64,000 bases of DNA. Source: Candidatus Omnitrophota bacterium (lineage in GTDB: Bacteria > Omnitrophota > Gorgyraeia > Duberdicusellales > 4484-171). The translations under genes and the position numbers were made by a program. The notes below the pieces were generated by a model. The model saw nothing but the letters and a program-made list of their open reading frames with translations. It was not told the origin of the DNA and did not search any database. The stretch spans positions 16,022 to 80,021 of the forward strand of contig JAAEQW010000327.1 in NCBI GenBank assembly GCA_024231025.1, read 5' to 3'. This document shows, piece by piece, positions 9,860 to 20,100 of this stretch. Position 1 is the stretch's first letter, and the number at the start of each line of letters is the position of its first letter.

Positions 9860-10755
9860 ACTGGTAATTTCACGCTTTCCGTTACAAACTCACCATCGGT
9901 AACGTCAAATGATGGGTAAACTGCGTCGATTGAAGAAAAATCTCCGCCTAAAAACATAAATGTTTCTTTTTTGGGGCGCTCCTCAATCACAACATTATTA
10001 ATGTCGATATCCCGTGGATACTGCGTTAGGGGATAAAACGCAATGCCAAAATGTTTTGCTAAACATGCCAAAGAATATGTTCCCAATTTATTTATTATTC
10101 CACCGCTTGCTGCAGCACGATCGGCACCGCTAATAACGCAATTAACCAGCCCCTTTTTCATAACTACTGCTGCCTGGTTATCACAAAGAACCTTAGTTGG
10201 AATTTTATTACGCTGCAACTCCCAAAATGTAAGACGACTGCCCTGTAGATACGGCCTAGTCTCACACACATAAAAAGTTCCCGCCTTGCCTAGTCTTTCT
10301 AATTCTTGATAAAGATATATCAGCTCTCCGTTAACATTACATATTGTTAAAATGTTTGCTGGAGTTGGTAATATTGACGCTAAATAACTTGCCCTTTTGC
10401 GCCGAGCATTATCAAACATCTTCACAAAACCAAAAGCCGCATCGCTAACAGTAAATCCATTTCCAATTTGATACTTGATCATTTCGGCCATCATTGGAAA
10501 ATCAAAAGTAGGGCGCAACGCACTAAACCTCTTACAAATATCATCGACTGTTCCTTCTTTATGAAAAAAAACACAGGAATAAAAAAATAACAAAACTTGC
10601 CCCAAAGCCCTGGTCTTCATCTGCCCCAAAACAAAAAGAGCGTCATCCAAATTTTTTACATCGATATATTCTTCCTTAAAAGGAATCAGCGTTTCATCAA
10701 GCACCAAAAGCGCTTTTCCCTTTATTCTAACTGGAAATAGAAGTGGACTATCCAT
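9856..10755 (-). CDS. mtnA: Methylthioribose-1-phosphate isomerase / eIF-2B family sugar-phosphate isomerase
   Basis: CETRPYLQGSRLTFWEL and GADRAAASGGIINKLGTYSLACLAKHFGIAFY are hallmarks of the MtnA / ribose-1,5-bisphosphate isomerase family. Confidence 0.7.
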   Translation of the reverse strand: MDSPLLFPVRIKGKALLVLDETLIPFKEEYIDVKNLDDALFVLGQMKTRALGQVLLFFYSCVFFHKEGTVDDICKRFSALRPTFDFPMMAEMIKYQIGNGFTVSDAAFGFVKMFDNARRKRASYLASILPTPANILTICNVNGELIYLYQELERLGKAGTFYVCETRPYLQGSRLTFWELQRNKIPTKVLCDNQAAVVMKKGLVNCVISGADRAAASGGIINKLGTYSLACLAKHFGIAFYPLTQYPRDIDINNVVIEERPKKETFMFLGGDFSSIDAVYPSFDVTDGEFVTESVKLPV

Positions 10756-10761
10756 GAAAAA

Positions 10762-10793
10762 GTCGTAAGTTATAAGTCGTAAGTCGTAAGTTA
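10762..10793. repeat. Short tandem repeat (gtcgtaagt x3) immediately upstream of the mtnA-like start
   Basis: Read directly in the sequence: agtcgtaagttataagtcgtaagtcgtaagtt. Confidence 0.8.
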
Positions 10794-10832
10794 TTGACTT
10801 TGACTATTTGAAAAAATAAATATATTTGCATA

Positions 10833-11717
10833 TTAACTAAAAAGATTTAAGAAATTTTTGCTGGTTATCTTTTCTTTTAAATCATCCCCTAACTCATCAA
10901 GCATCGCGATATTGCTGCTGATATCGCCACATACCGGATAATCTGAGCCCCACAACACCTTGTCTTGACCGAATAAATCTATTGCCTGATTAATATTACT
11001 TAATGGTGACCCGGATGTATCTACATATACGCCTTTCAAAATATTAGACGGATCATCACCCAAATCTTTGACCATGCCTCGCGCTCTTAGCATAGTATAC
11101 ACTCTATCAAGACGATCTTTCAAAAAAGGCACAATACCTGCCAAGGAAGAGAAAATAAATTTAGCACCACTGCTTAAGATTCCTTCGGTCATTAAAATCC
11201 CCAGACACATCGAAACGTCAAAGCTGTATTCCAACACCGGCATAAGCAATGGGTCCTTAACTCTTTCAAAGCCAATTGGATTAATCGTTTGCGGATGGAC
11301 AAAAATAACCAAATTATTTTCCTGCGCAGATTGCGCCAATAAAGCTATTTTCTCAGTTAAAAATTTACCACCCTCAGAAGACGCAATGCTCACCGCGCTA
11401 AAGCGCTGCTCTCTAATTTGTTTTATCTGTGCTGGTATGTCGCTATCGAAATCGACAATACCCGCACCAATTATTTTTTTATTTTTGGTAATAATTTTAG
11501 AAATTTCGCTATTATAAAGGTCGCACACTCGTCTGGCTCCTAAGCTGGTTGCGGCATCGGTCGAAGGATAAACTAAAAAAGCTTTATCAACGCTATCAAG
11601 ATAAGACAAAAGCTTATCCTCATCAGACCAAACTCCTTTATAAAATAAAGTGGCTTCGGATATTTTAGGCGGAATGAAATGAATATGACTATCACAAATC
11701 ATAGCTACACCCCTCAT
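10833..11717 (-). CDS. Amidohydrolase-2 (ACMSD/LigW-like TIM-barrel metal-dependent hydrolase or decarboxylase) family protein
   Basis: N-terminal CDSHIHF metal-binding motif and C-terminal WGSDYP motif, typical of the amidohydrolase_2 family. Confidence 0.6.
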   Translation of the reverse strand: MRGVAMICDSHIHFIPPKISEATLFYKGVWSDEDKLLSYLDSVDKAFLVYPSTDAATSLGARRVCDLYNSEISKIITKNKKIIGAGIVDFDSDIPAQIKQIREQRFSAVSIASSEGGKFLTEKIALLAQSAQENNLVIFVHPQTINPIGFERVKDPLLMPVLEYSFDVSMCLGILMTEGILSSGAKFIFSSLAGIVPFLKDRLDRVYTMLRARGMVKDLGDDPSNILKGVYVDTSGSPLSNINQAIDLFGQDKVLWGSDYPVCGDISSNIAMLDELGDDLKEKITSKNFLNLFS

Positions 11718-13581
11718 CCAATTTTAATCTCTCTATTGTTTCAGACAAAACCTCACCTTGGTTAGTCCAACCACGCTTAAGATAATACGCCTCTAGGAGA
11801 TTGTCGTATTTTTGCCTGTCTAATTTCATTTCCTTATCCTCTTTGCGCACTCCTGCGGTTTCCTTTAATGGCTCAAATGTTTTTTGAGGAGGATAGTCGT
11901 CTTTCCTAGTTATGCCTTCGCGCTGCAAATAAAGTCTTTCTATATTAATAAGCCTTTCTCCTATCTCTTTTAGCTCCTCTTGGGAAAACTTCTCTCCGTA
12001 TGCTGTTTCTATTATCCGAGAAAAAATAGAAAAAGTTATCCCCGGAGGCAACGAATGAAAACCCATGAATTTACATAATCCTAGCATATCAAACATCGCT
12101 AAATAATGCTCCCACCATAAAACAACAATCTCTTTATCTTTATAGGATAAGGCATCGGAATCTACATCTTTTCCATAAACTTCTTTCAAGTCTTTGGTCG
12201 GAAATTCAAAAGCTACCCAAATTGGCCTGCTACGTAAATGATCTGAACCACGAGAAGCTACCGAGTTACTTAAAGCAAAGGCCGGCAAGCAACGCAAATC
12301 TGCTGGTTCTGATTGCACTATTTTTTTACTCCAGCAAAGGTATTGCTCTGACGCTTTCGGCATTTGCTTTAACATATTACGCGGACCAATTGCTATAAAA
12401 TCACCTAGACCGCGTCGATACGCAATATCCTGAATTAAGGAATAAACTAACTCTTGAGAAGACCACTTAAGTTCCTTTCCCTGAGTAAATTTATCGTCTA
12501 TCACCTTATCCTGGTAAAGATCAATCAACCAAGCAATAATATTTGCCGCCGAAGAGGCATCTAGCCCTAGCCGATTCACTAAATCATTGAGCACCAAGCA
12601 GTCTTCTATTCTATTCATGCCTAGCACTGGTCCAAAATGAGCTAAAACACCGTATTCCGGCCCCTCGTTTTTTATTCCTTTGTACTCATAAACATAGTGG
12701 CAGGCAATCACGCAATTCTGACAACCTGCTTTTTTGGTATGAAATTTCTTTAATTCTTCAATATTTATATTTTCATTATTAGTAAAAGCCAAGGTTCTAC
12801 CGTTTTTCACTCTCCCCATGCCTATACTTTCATTAACGATTTCAAAAAGATGACTCGAGCCATATTTTTTAAGCCGATCAGTTAAAAATTCTTTCTGCAG
12901 AAATTGGTTTACTTCTCGCAGGCAATTAGCAAACTCCTGGCTTTGTTCTGGCTCTAAATCCTGCTCACTCACGCAAGAAACAATTGCCTTAACGTTTTTC
13001 GATCCCATAACTGCGCCCATACCGCAACGAGCGGCGGCGTTTTTACGGCGGTTTATAATGCAGGCAAAAACAACCTGGCGCTCTCCGGCCGGACCGATAC
13101 AAAGGGTTTCACTCCCAGGATATTTTTCACAAATTTCACTTTGAGTGTCTTGCGTATCTTTACCCCAAAGATGGTCGGCATCTTCTATGCTTACTTTACC
13201 TTTATTAATAACCACCATCTTTGGAGATTTAGCCTTGTTTTTTAGGATAATGTAACCAAATCCTTGCTTTCTAAGGCTTACACCAAATCCTCCGCCAATG
13301 TTGGCATCACCTAAAATTGCCGACTCCGGTGATTTAGCAGTAATTGTCGTACGAGAGAAATTAAGACCCTTGAGCCCGGTAAGTAATCCTGTTCCAACAA
13401 TAAGAACGTTATCCTTACCTAGGGGGTCGGTAGATGCATCGGTGTATTGATAAAGCAAATAGGAATTAACTCCCCTGGCTCCTAGGTATTTTTTAATGAG
13501 CTCCGGCGCCAAGGCTTTAATCTCTATCTTTTCAGTTTCAAGATCAACAATAATTATTACGTTGGTTTCTTTAATCTTCAT
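11692..13581 (-). CDS. Tungsten-type aldehyde:ferredoxin oxidoreductase (AOR family)
   Basis: N-terminal AOR_N pattern (LIVDLETEKIEIKALAPELIKKYLGARGVNSYLL...LIVGTGLLTG). About 630 aa with a conserved cysteine-containing C-terminal domain. Confidence 0.8.
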   Translation of the reverse strand: MKIKETNVIIIVDLETEKIEIKALAPELIKKYLGARGVNSYLLYQYTDASTDPLGKDNVLIVGTGLLTGLKGLNFSRTTITAKSPESAILGDANIGGGFGVSLRKQGFGYIILKNKAKSPKMVVINKGKVSIEDADHLWGKDTQDTQSEICEKYPGSETLCIGPAGERQVVFACIINRRKNAAARCGMGAVMGSKNVKAIVSCVSEQDLEPEQSQEFANCLREVNQFLQKEFLTDRLKKYGSSHLFEIVNESIGMGRVKNGRTLAFTNNENINIEELKKFHTKKAGCQNCVIACHYVYEYKGIKNEGPEYGVLAHFGPVLGMNRIEDCLVLNDLVNRLGLDASSAANIIAWLIDLYQDKVIDDKFTQGKELKWSSQELVYSLIQDIAYRRGLGDFIAIGPRNMLKQMPKASEQYLCWSKKIVQSEPADLRCLPAFALSNSVASRGSDHLRSRPIWVAFEFPTKDLKEVYGKDVDSDALSYKDKEIVVLWWEHYLAMFDMLGLCKFMGFHSLPPGITFSIFSRIIETAYGEKFSQEELKEIGERLINIERLYLQREGITRKDDYPPQKTFEPLKETAGVRKEDKEMKLDRQKYDNLLEAYYLKRGWTNQGEVLSETIERLKLDEGCSYDL

Positions 13582-15298
13582 CTACGTATTTTGTGTAATC
13601 GAGCTCTGCTTCTTTTAAAATGGTTTTCATTAACCCCTTAAAGGCCGCTGGTACTTCCTGAAAAAAAGCTGTTGCCACCTCTTTTTCCGAAACTAGTCCT
13701 TTATTGTTCTCTCTTGCTAGATTTTCGGACTTCGCTTTCACCATTTTTTCAGCTATACGACGATGAAAGAATGGCATCTTAGAAATTGTTAAATCAAACT
13801 TCCCTTGCGCTTGAGCATCCCAAGAAACCTCAACAGTGCTTGGTTTTTGCCGGGTGGCCGCTCGTTCAAATTCGGTTATATTTTCCATAAAATCCTTCAC
13901 GCATAATTTTGCCAACTCGTCATAAGGTCCTTGAAAAAGCCGCCCGGTTCTGTGAGGCACCGAGAAAAATTCTCGCATACACCATGCTCCTAGCCGACCA
14001 ACATCATCTATAGATAGGTGATTGGTGGGTATAACCGGATGCTGAAAGTCCCATTCGCGCAGATCTAAAGTTTCTAAATTAATCCAACCGCGATCGATAT
14101 ATTTTTTCCAAAACGGCGATCCAGGAACAGGCGTAAAAAACTGTAAAGCAAAAATATCCGGATCAGCCTCATTGGCAAAATCAAATCTACGCTTTATTTT
14201 GGCCTCATCGTCATCTTCTAAACCAACCATAAACGTTCCTATGCTCATTATCCCGTGCTTACGTAAAATTTCGATTGTCTTTACAATCTGATGAGTGCTT
14301 ACATTCTTGCCTATTTTCCTTAACTCCTCATCGCTGGCAACCTCTACCCCTAAAAGCCCCATAAACATACCGGCCTCTTTCATTAAAGGGATAAGCTCAA
14401 GCTGATTTACCCAATCGTCCGCACGGCCTAAAATAACCCATTTCATGTCAATCTTTCTATCTATCATTCCTCTGCAAACTTCTTCAACTATTTTTTTGTT
14501 AACGTTAAACGCGTCATCTTGAAAAACTATAGTTTTGACACCATGTTTTTTGTTTAGCACTTCGAGCTCTTCGAGAATTTTTGGCGCAGATTTTGTTCTC
14601 CAAGATATGAAATCTTTCGGTGAACGAGGATCATATTGCGACCATTCATAGCAGAACACACAACCGCCAGGGCACCCACGAGATACCATCAACTCAGCAA
14701 ACGGTTTCCAATGGCTATGCCCAACGTATTTCTCCATCGGAAACAAATCATAAGCCGGTGTGGGCAATACATCAAGATTCTGAATCAAATTTCTATGCGG
14801 TCCGATAACTGCCTTACCAGCTTTATTGGAAGCTAAGCCCGCGACCTCAGAAAAATCGGTTTCTCCTTCTTTTAGTTTGATCAAAAGTTCTTCTAAGGTT
14901 AGTTCGGCCTCGCCAATAATAACAAAATCTATATCGGGATTGCGCTCCAAAGTATCTTCCCAAAGGGCAGAAAACCACAATCCCCCTACAACGATTTTTG
15001 TTTGTGGTAAAACCTTCTTTATTTCCTTTGCGGCATTGCAAAAATACCAAATCGGAGCAAATCCACCAGTAGAATGAAGAATTTCACCTAGAAAAATAAC
15101 ATCAGGGTTAATTTGTTTTATCTGCTCTATCATCTCAGAAAATTCTATTTTATCTGGACGAGCATCTATAGCAAAGGGTTCTGCTACCCTCTTCTCTCTG
15201 ATATACGCGATCAGTTGAGCATGAAACTGATTAGGCGCACAATGATTACCATGAGTAACCCAAGCACCTAAGGGTGGATTAATAAATGCTATTTTCAT
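13571..15298 (-). CDS. B12-binding radical SAM protein with a C-terminal PCP_red-like domain
   Basis: N-terminal cobalamin-binding domain. Radical SAM CxxxCxxC (CPGGCVFC). The C-terminal ~40 aa (FFQEVPAAFKGLMKTILKEAELDYTKYVDED) is paralogous to the ORF at 23453..23713. Confidence 0.8.
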   Translation of the reverse strand: MKIAFINPPLGAWVTHGNHCAPNQFHAQLIAYIREKRVAEPFAIDARPDKIEFSEMIEQIKQINPDVIFLGEILHSTGGFAPIWYFCNAAKEIKKVLPQTKIVVGGLWFSALWEDTLERNPDIDFVIIGEAELTLEELLIKLKEGETDFSEVAGLASNKAGKAVIGPHRNLIQNLDVLPTPAYDLFPMEKYVGHSHWKPFAELMVSRGCPGGCVFCYEWSQYDPRSPKDFISWRTKSAPKILEELEVLNKKHGVKTIVFQDDAFNVNKKIVEEVCRGMIDRKIDMKWVILGRADDWVNQLELIPLMKEAGMFMGLLGVEVASDEELRKIGKNVSTHQIVKTIEILRKHGIMSIGTFMVGLEDDDEAKIKRRFDFANEADPDIFALQFFTPVPGSPFWKKYIDRGWINLETLDLREWDFQHPVIPTNHLSIDDVGRLGAWCMREFFSVPHRTGRLFQGPYDELAKLCVKDFMENITEFERAATRQKPSTVEVSWDAQAQGKFDLTISKMPFFHRRIAEKMVKAKSENLARENNKGLVSEKEVATAFFQEVPAAFKGLMKTILKEAELDYTKYVDED

Positions 15299-15312
15299 AT
15301 AACTGCCTCCTA

Positions 15313-16080
15313 CTACTTAACTGGGTGAGCTTGTTTAAATGGAATTACTGGTTTTGTCCATGGAGTTTGCTGATTTATTACCGCAAGCTCCAACGGATTA
15401 ACGTTACCTGTTTGACTAAGCGCAAACATTACTGTATCTGTTATCGCATCCGGCTCCATTAATAAATTGCTATCTACCGAAACATCCTTAAGCTTTCCGG
15501 TTAATGGCGTGCGAGTTACTCCTGGAAAAATTGAAGTAACTTTTATCCCGAAATCACGCATTTCCCAGAAAAGCCCCTTTGCAAAGGCACGCAAAGCAAC
15601 CTTTAATGACGTATATACTATAAAATTACGCGGCGGTGGATCAACCATTACCGAACCACTGGTTATATTAACAATGTGCCCACTACCTTGCTCTTTCATC
15701 TGATTTACAACAAGACGTGCCAGCATGACATAGCTATAATAGTTTGTATACATTACCTTTTCGATATCCTCTAGCGGTTGTTGCCAAAATGGATGCTGAC
15801 TAGATACACCGGCGCCGTTAATTAATATATCGATTTTGCCAAACTTGTTGATTGTCTCATTAACTACATTTTCCAAATCATCCTTTTTGGTAACATCGCA
15901 CTTTAAACATAAAATCTGCTCTTTGTTAGGCATATTGGCCTTAAGTTCTTCTAAAACTTGTTGTCGGCGTGCGGCCAAAACCAAACTCGCGCCAGCCTCA
16001 CTTAAACGCTTAACCATTGATTGACCAATTCCACCTGATGCGCCAGTTACAATACAAACTTTGCTTTTCAAATCAACCAT
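15313..16080 (-). CDS. Short-chain dehydrogenase/reductase (SDR), a candidate ketoreductase
   Basis: TGASGGIGQS NAD(P)-binding motif. NGAG and a downstream catalytic region. 255 aa. Confidence 0.8.
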   Translation of the reverse strand: MVDLKSKVCIVTGASGGIGQSMVKRLSEAGASLVLAARRQQVLEELKANMPNKEQILCLKCDVTKKDDLENVVNETINKFGKIDILINGAGVSSQHPFWQQPLEDIEKVMYTNYYSYVMLARLVVNQMKEQGSGHIVNITSGSVMVDPPPRNFIVYTSLKVALRAFAKGLFWEMRDFGIKVTSIFPGVTRTPLTGKLKDVSVDSNLLMEPDAITDTVMFALSQTGNVNPLELAVINQQTPWTKPVIPFKQAHPVK

Positions 16081-17213
16081 TATCTCCCTCCTGATATAAT
16101 TTTTTCTTTTTTTCTCAAAATAAAACCTAACGAAACAATTGCTACAGCAGCAATTAAAAAATGAAATTCGAAACCAAAAACAAAAATAATTTTTCCTCCC
16201 AAAAATGCCCCTAACCCGCCGGCAATGAAGCGTAAAGCGCTGTTAAGACTTGCCGCATCGCGTAAAAATTCATCCGGTAAACTAGTCAAATATGTTGATA
16301 AGCCAACATGATTAAATGCCCAGCCCGCACCCCAAAAAACAATAATAAAAAAAACCGCCTTGCCGGGCTCAAACAATCCCAACAAAAATATAAACAACCC
16401 CATAGAAAATAATCCCCATGATGCTATTTTTAGCGGAGATATTCGCCCGGACAACAAGCCGCCAAAACTTTCAGAAAAAATTGCGACCAAACTTGATATA
16501 GTAAAAACTAGGCTAATCAAAAATTGATTAAACAAGTATCCTTTCGCTAAAAATACCCCTAACCATTGCTGCACGCCATGATAAAAAAAACTTGCCATAA
16601 ATATAAATCCGAATAGGTGCAAAATTTCTTTGTTTTTGAGTGTTTGAAAATAGGTAATTTTAAAAGAGCTTGTATAATTATAAGCTTTTAGCCAATAAGC
16701 TGCCAGGCCTACAGTTACAGTTCCAACAAAAAAAGGAATAAAATAAACTGCCCGCCAAAATAAAAATCCACTACAAAATGTGCCAATCAACCCCGACAAA
16801 AAAGATAGTGAAAAAAGAATGCCAACGTATTTTGGCTTCTTCTTCGTTTTTATTTCTTTGCCGACGATGATCAAGCTTATCGGCACAAAGCACGAACCAA
16901 ACACCCCCATCCCAAAGCGGCCCCAAAAGGCTGCCTGTAAAGTCGGCGCGGTGCTTATTGTAAACGCCGACAACGAAAACAGCGACAACGCAACAAGAAG
17001 TAGTCTCTTAACAGAAAACTTTCTGGTAAGTGGCCCCCAAAAAAGAGCGCACAATCCATACGGAATCATATAAGCCCAAATAAGTTTGCCGGTAGCAATC
17101 GCAGATTGGCCAAAATAATCAGCAATCGCCGGAATAAGCGGCGCAGTCGCCGCTACACTAAAAGATAGTGTTAAAAAAAGTAAACATAAAATAGAAAATG
17201 AACGTTTATCCAT
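16080..17213 (-). CDS. MFS transporter
   Basis: About 12 predicted transmembrane segments. 377 aa. A 1-nt boundary with the SDR gene. Confidence 0.65.
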   Translation of the reverse strand: MDKRSFSILCLLFLTLSFSVAATAPLIPAIADYFGQSAIATGKLIWAYMIPYGLCALFWGPLTRKFSVKRLLLVALSLFSLSAFTISTAPTLQAAFWGRFGMGVFGSCFVPISLIIVGKEIKTKKKPKYVGILFSLSFLSGLIGTFCSGFLFWRAVYFIPFFVGTVTVGLAAYWLKAYNYTSSFKITYFQTLKNKEILHLFGFIFMASFFYHGVQQWLGVFLAKGYLFNQFLISLVFTISSLVAIFSESFGGLLSGRISPLKIASWGLFSMGLFIFLLGLFEPGKAVFFIIVFWGAGWAFNHVGLSTYLTSLPDEFLRDAASLNSALRFIAGGLGAFLGGKIIFVFGFEFHFLIAAVAIVSLGFILRKKEKIISGGR

Positions 17214-17642
17214 TTAGTTTTTCTCGATAATCTCCTTAAATCTCAGAAGATTTGATTTTGAATGCTTATTTATAAGATCTTGAACTTGATCATCATTAAA
17301 TTTTGCGCCTTTATCCATTTTGAAATCCTGGATCCAGGTCATCTCGATGCCGCCTTCGACCTCTCTATAGAGCCATACAATCTTCATATATTCAAAAGGA
17401 AACATTGGATCCATTCTTGACGCATAGGCAAATTTATCTTCTTTAAAAAGAAGACGATAGGATTGCCAGCTATTGCCATTTTGATGAGTTAGTTTAAAAA
17501 CAATTTTGTTATCTTTTTTTTCGACTACATCCGATTCAGTATACTCAGTAAAAAATTCTTTCCAGAGACTAATATCATTACTCATATCAAAAACCTTATC
17601 GTACGTTGCATTAATCACAATCGAGTTTGCTGTGTGCGCCAT
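17214..17642 (-). CDS. SRPBCC (Polyketide_cyc2 / Bet v1-like) polyketide cyclase/dehydrase-family protein
   Basis: 142 aa with the N-terminal HTANSIVINATYDKVFDMSNDISLWKEFF pattern typical of the Polyketide_cyc2 family. Confidence 0.55.
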   Translation of the reverse strand: MAHTANSIVINATYDKVFDMSNDISLWKEFFTEYTESDVVEKKDNKIVFKLTHQNGNSWQSYRLLFKEDKFAYASRMDPMFPFEYMKIVWLYREVEGGIEMTWIQDFKMDKGAKFNDDQVQDLINKHSKSNLLRFKEIIEKN

Positions 17643-17762
17643 TTAGACCTCCTTATGTTAGACCAAAGACCATAGACCAAAGACTATAGACCTTTGGAGG
17701 GATTCCTTTATTATTGATACGCCTTTATGTTATTAGAATTTCTCATATTCATCTTTTGTCTT

Positions 17763-18614
17763 CTATCTTCGATCGGAGTTTGTCCCGCCTTTGGCGGGAG
17801 CCTCTGATCCAACCAAAGCTACAACTCTTGCCCAAGCTGCACCGGTTCGTTTTATTTTTACAGGAAAGCACATAATTTTAAATCCATAATCTGGTAGGCT
17901 GCTTAAGTTAGCTAATCTTTCAATGTGAATAAATTCTCGTTTGCGTCCATGAAAATGTGCTGGCCAAAGCGCACATGCATTACCAGTGTCTAGAAATTCC
18001 TTCATCATAAATCGATAGGGCCGATCGATCCCCATTGTATCTACGCCGAATATTTTAATTCCCCGATCCAGTAAATAATCTATTGCTGTGGGATCAACCC
18101 CAGGATAATGCGTGAAATATTTTTGCGTTGTGAATAGCTTGTCGCTACCAGTATAGAATAAAACAATATCATTTGGTTTTAGTTGATAATTAATCTTCTC
18201 CAGTGCTGTTTCAACATCTTTAGCACTTATAAATTCATCAGGTTTTTTGGCACAAAAATCAAGTTTTACTCCGTTTTGATAACATAGCCAAAGCGGAATG
18301 TCTTCTGCCGGTTTGGAATCTCTGCCTTCGCACTTGCTCCCATAATGATAAGAATAGTCAAGATGTGTTCCGCTGTGAACCGAAGAATAAACCATTTCTA
18401 AAGATAAGAACTCTTCTTCGGGCAAATCTTCTTTTTTCACGATTCTCTTGCCTAATAAATATTTTAATTTACCAAAAGGTTGCCGACTCAACATCACCTG
18501 GTTAAGTTTTTCAACTCCTTGGGCATGCGTTGTTCGTTCAATCCGAAGAGGGTGAACTTCATAGGCCTCGTCGTCGATTGGCAAACTTAGATCAACTATC
18601 TGCTGATTATCCAT
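17763..18614 (-). CDS. Cyclase-family protein (PF04199-like; kynurenine formamidase / putative polyketide cyclase fold)
   Basis: HSGTHLDYSYHYG metal-binding motif. The start was re-set to the ATG at 18614 (MDNQQ...) because the longer six-frame ORF overlaps the ACP gene by about 150 nt. Confidence 0.6.
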   Translation of the reverse strand: MDNQQIVDLSLPIDDEAYEVHPLRIERTTHAQGVEKLNQVMLSRQPFGKLKYLLGKRIVKKEDLPEEEFLSLEMVYSSVHSGTHLDYSYHYGSKCEGRDSKPAEDIPLWLCYQNGVKLDFCAKKPDEFISAKDVETALEKINYQLKPNDIVLFYTGSDKLFTTQKYFTHYPGVDPTAIDYLLDRGIKIFGVDTMGIDRPYRFMMKEFLDTGNACALWPAHFHGRKREFIHIERLANLSSLPDYGFKIMCFPVKIKRTGAAWARVVALVGSEAPAKGGTNSDRR

Positions 18615-18843
18615 TCTTTTTCTTTTCAACAATTTCAATAATTTCGTTTGGCGTATTTTTATTAGTGACTTCACCGGGAGACAAGGTGATTCCGATATGC
18701 TTTCCAATCGCAATCGAGAGCTCAACCATCTCGGTTGAATCAACACCCACGCCATCATACAAACTTACGCCTTCTTTAATTTCATCAGAACCTACATCTA
18801 AAGTTTTCGCTATAAGGTCAATTATCTCTTCCTTCATGCTCAT
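18607..18843 (-). CDS. Acyl carrier protein
   Basis: 78 aa with GVDSTEMVEL, a phosphopantetheine-attachment Ser in a DSx motif, and a four-helix ACP length. Confidence 0.8.
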   Translation of the reverse strand: MSMKEEIIDLIAKTLDVGSDEIKEGVSLYDGVGVDSTEMVELSIAIGKHIGITLSPGEVTNKNTPNEIIEIVEKKKNG

Positions 18844-18852
18844 AAAACCTCC

Positions 18853-20100
18853 TTATTTTTCAATTCCTAAAATTATATTTATCCCGCCCCTGCCTCTTGC
18901 CATAATTAAGGCTCTATTGATTTCTTTTTGTTGCGCTTTATTGGGGGTGCAATCAATTTGACAGCGCGGATCCCTTTCATCAAAATTAATTGTTGGCAAG
19001 ACCAGGTTATTCTTCATTGATAAAAGAGTGGCAATTACATCCAATGCGGTTTGCGCGCCTAATAAATTACCGAACATACTTTTTGGCGCACTCATTGCGA
19101 TATTTTTAAGACTCATGCCAAAAAAATTGTTTAACGCTTGTGCCTCTAAAATATCTCCTGTTTCTGTTGCCTCTCCATCTAAACAAATATAGTCAACATC
19201 GTCTTTTGACCAGGCACAATCTTTCAAGCACTCTTTAATCGCATATTCTAAGCTTTCGGTGTTCATTGAAGGCTTCGCGTAATGCTGCCCATCACAGCTA
19301 AAGCCAATGCCTTTTAAAAATCCAGAAATTTCAACACCTCTTTTCCTTGCATCGCTCTCACGTTCCATTGCAACAATGCCTGATCCTTCACCAATAACAA
19401 ATCCATCACGATATAAATCATACGGCCTGTATGCTTTAGACGGGGTCAAATTGTTCTTTGATAAATCACCCTGAGTATTAGCGCTTAAAAGCGCATACGG
19501 CGTGACAGGGGCCTCCATCCCTCCGGCTAAACAATAATCATTATGCCCATCTTGCAAAACCTTTGCCCCATACCACAAGGCTAGTGCGGACGACGCTCTA
19601 TCAGACACAACTGTTTTGCTGTAGCCCTTTAACCCATAATATATGGTTACTTGCCCCTGCGGTGCAGCAGGAAACCATGCGCTTGCCATATATGGCGATA
19701 TTCCTTCTCTGCCTTCCAAATAAAGATCACGCAATTCAGTTTCAGCAAAAAGCCACCCTCCTAAAGCATTGCCCATAAAAACACCGGCACGATTTTTATC
19801 GATGCTATCTAGCTTTATTTCGGCATCACTTATTGCTTGTTGGCAGGCAACCAATGCCATATGTGAAAAAACATCAATTTTTTTCACAAGCCTGCCAGAA
19901 AGATGTGAATAGGCGTCTAACTGATGTACTTGCCCAGCAATCCGCGATGGATACAACGTCGCATCAAAACGCGTCACTTCATCAACAAAGGAACGCCCTG
20001 ATTTTAAATTTGCCCAGAAAGTCTCCTTCTTTAGTCCTGCGGGAGAGACAACCCCCATGCCTGTTATCGCAATTCTCTCCTTCATTATTTTCCCTCCCAA
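18853..20100 (-). CDS. Ketosynthase-like protein lacking the active-site Cys and His residues (chain-length-factor / KS-beta-like)
   Basis: Thiolase-fold KS homology (GMGVVSPAG...). The active-site position reads VVSDRASSA with no Cys, and the two KS His positions are substituted. It overlaps the upstream KS gene by 16 nt. Confidence 0.75.
   Translation of the reverse strand: MGGKIMKERIAITGMGVVSPAGLKKETFWANLKSGRSFVDEVTRFDATLYPSRIAGQVHQLDAYSHLSGRLVKKIDVFSHMALVACQQAISDAEIKLDSIDKNRAGVFMGNALGGWLFAETELRDLYLEGREGISPYMASAWFPAAPQGQVTIYYGLKGYSKTVVSDRASSALALWYGAKVLQDGHNDYCLAGGMEAPVTPYALLSANTQGDLSKNNLTPSKAYRPYDLYRDGFVIGEGSGIVAMERESDARKRGVEISGFLKGIGFSCDGQHYAKPSMNTESLEYAIKECLKDCAWSKDDVDYICLDGEATETGDILEAQALNNFFGMSLKNIAMSAPKSMFGNLLGAQTALDVIATLLSMKNNLVLPTINFDERDPRCQIDCTPNKAQQKEINRALIMARGRGGINIILGIEK

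Noticed and set aside
17763-18758. Long N-terminal extension of the cyclase-family ORF (first 48 codons, MMAWVLIQPRW...)
   Set aside because: The extension overlaps the ACP gene by about 150 nt on the same strand. An internal ATG at 18614 (MDNQQ) gives a compact 8-nt overlap typical of this operon, so the extension is probably not translated.
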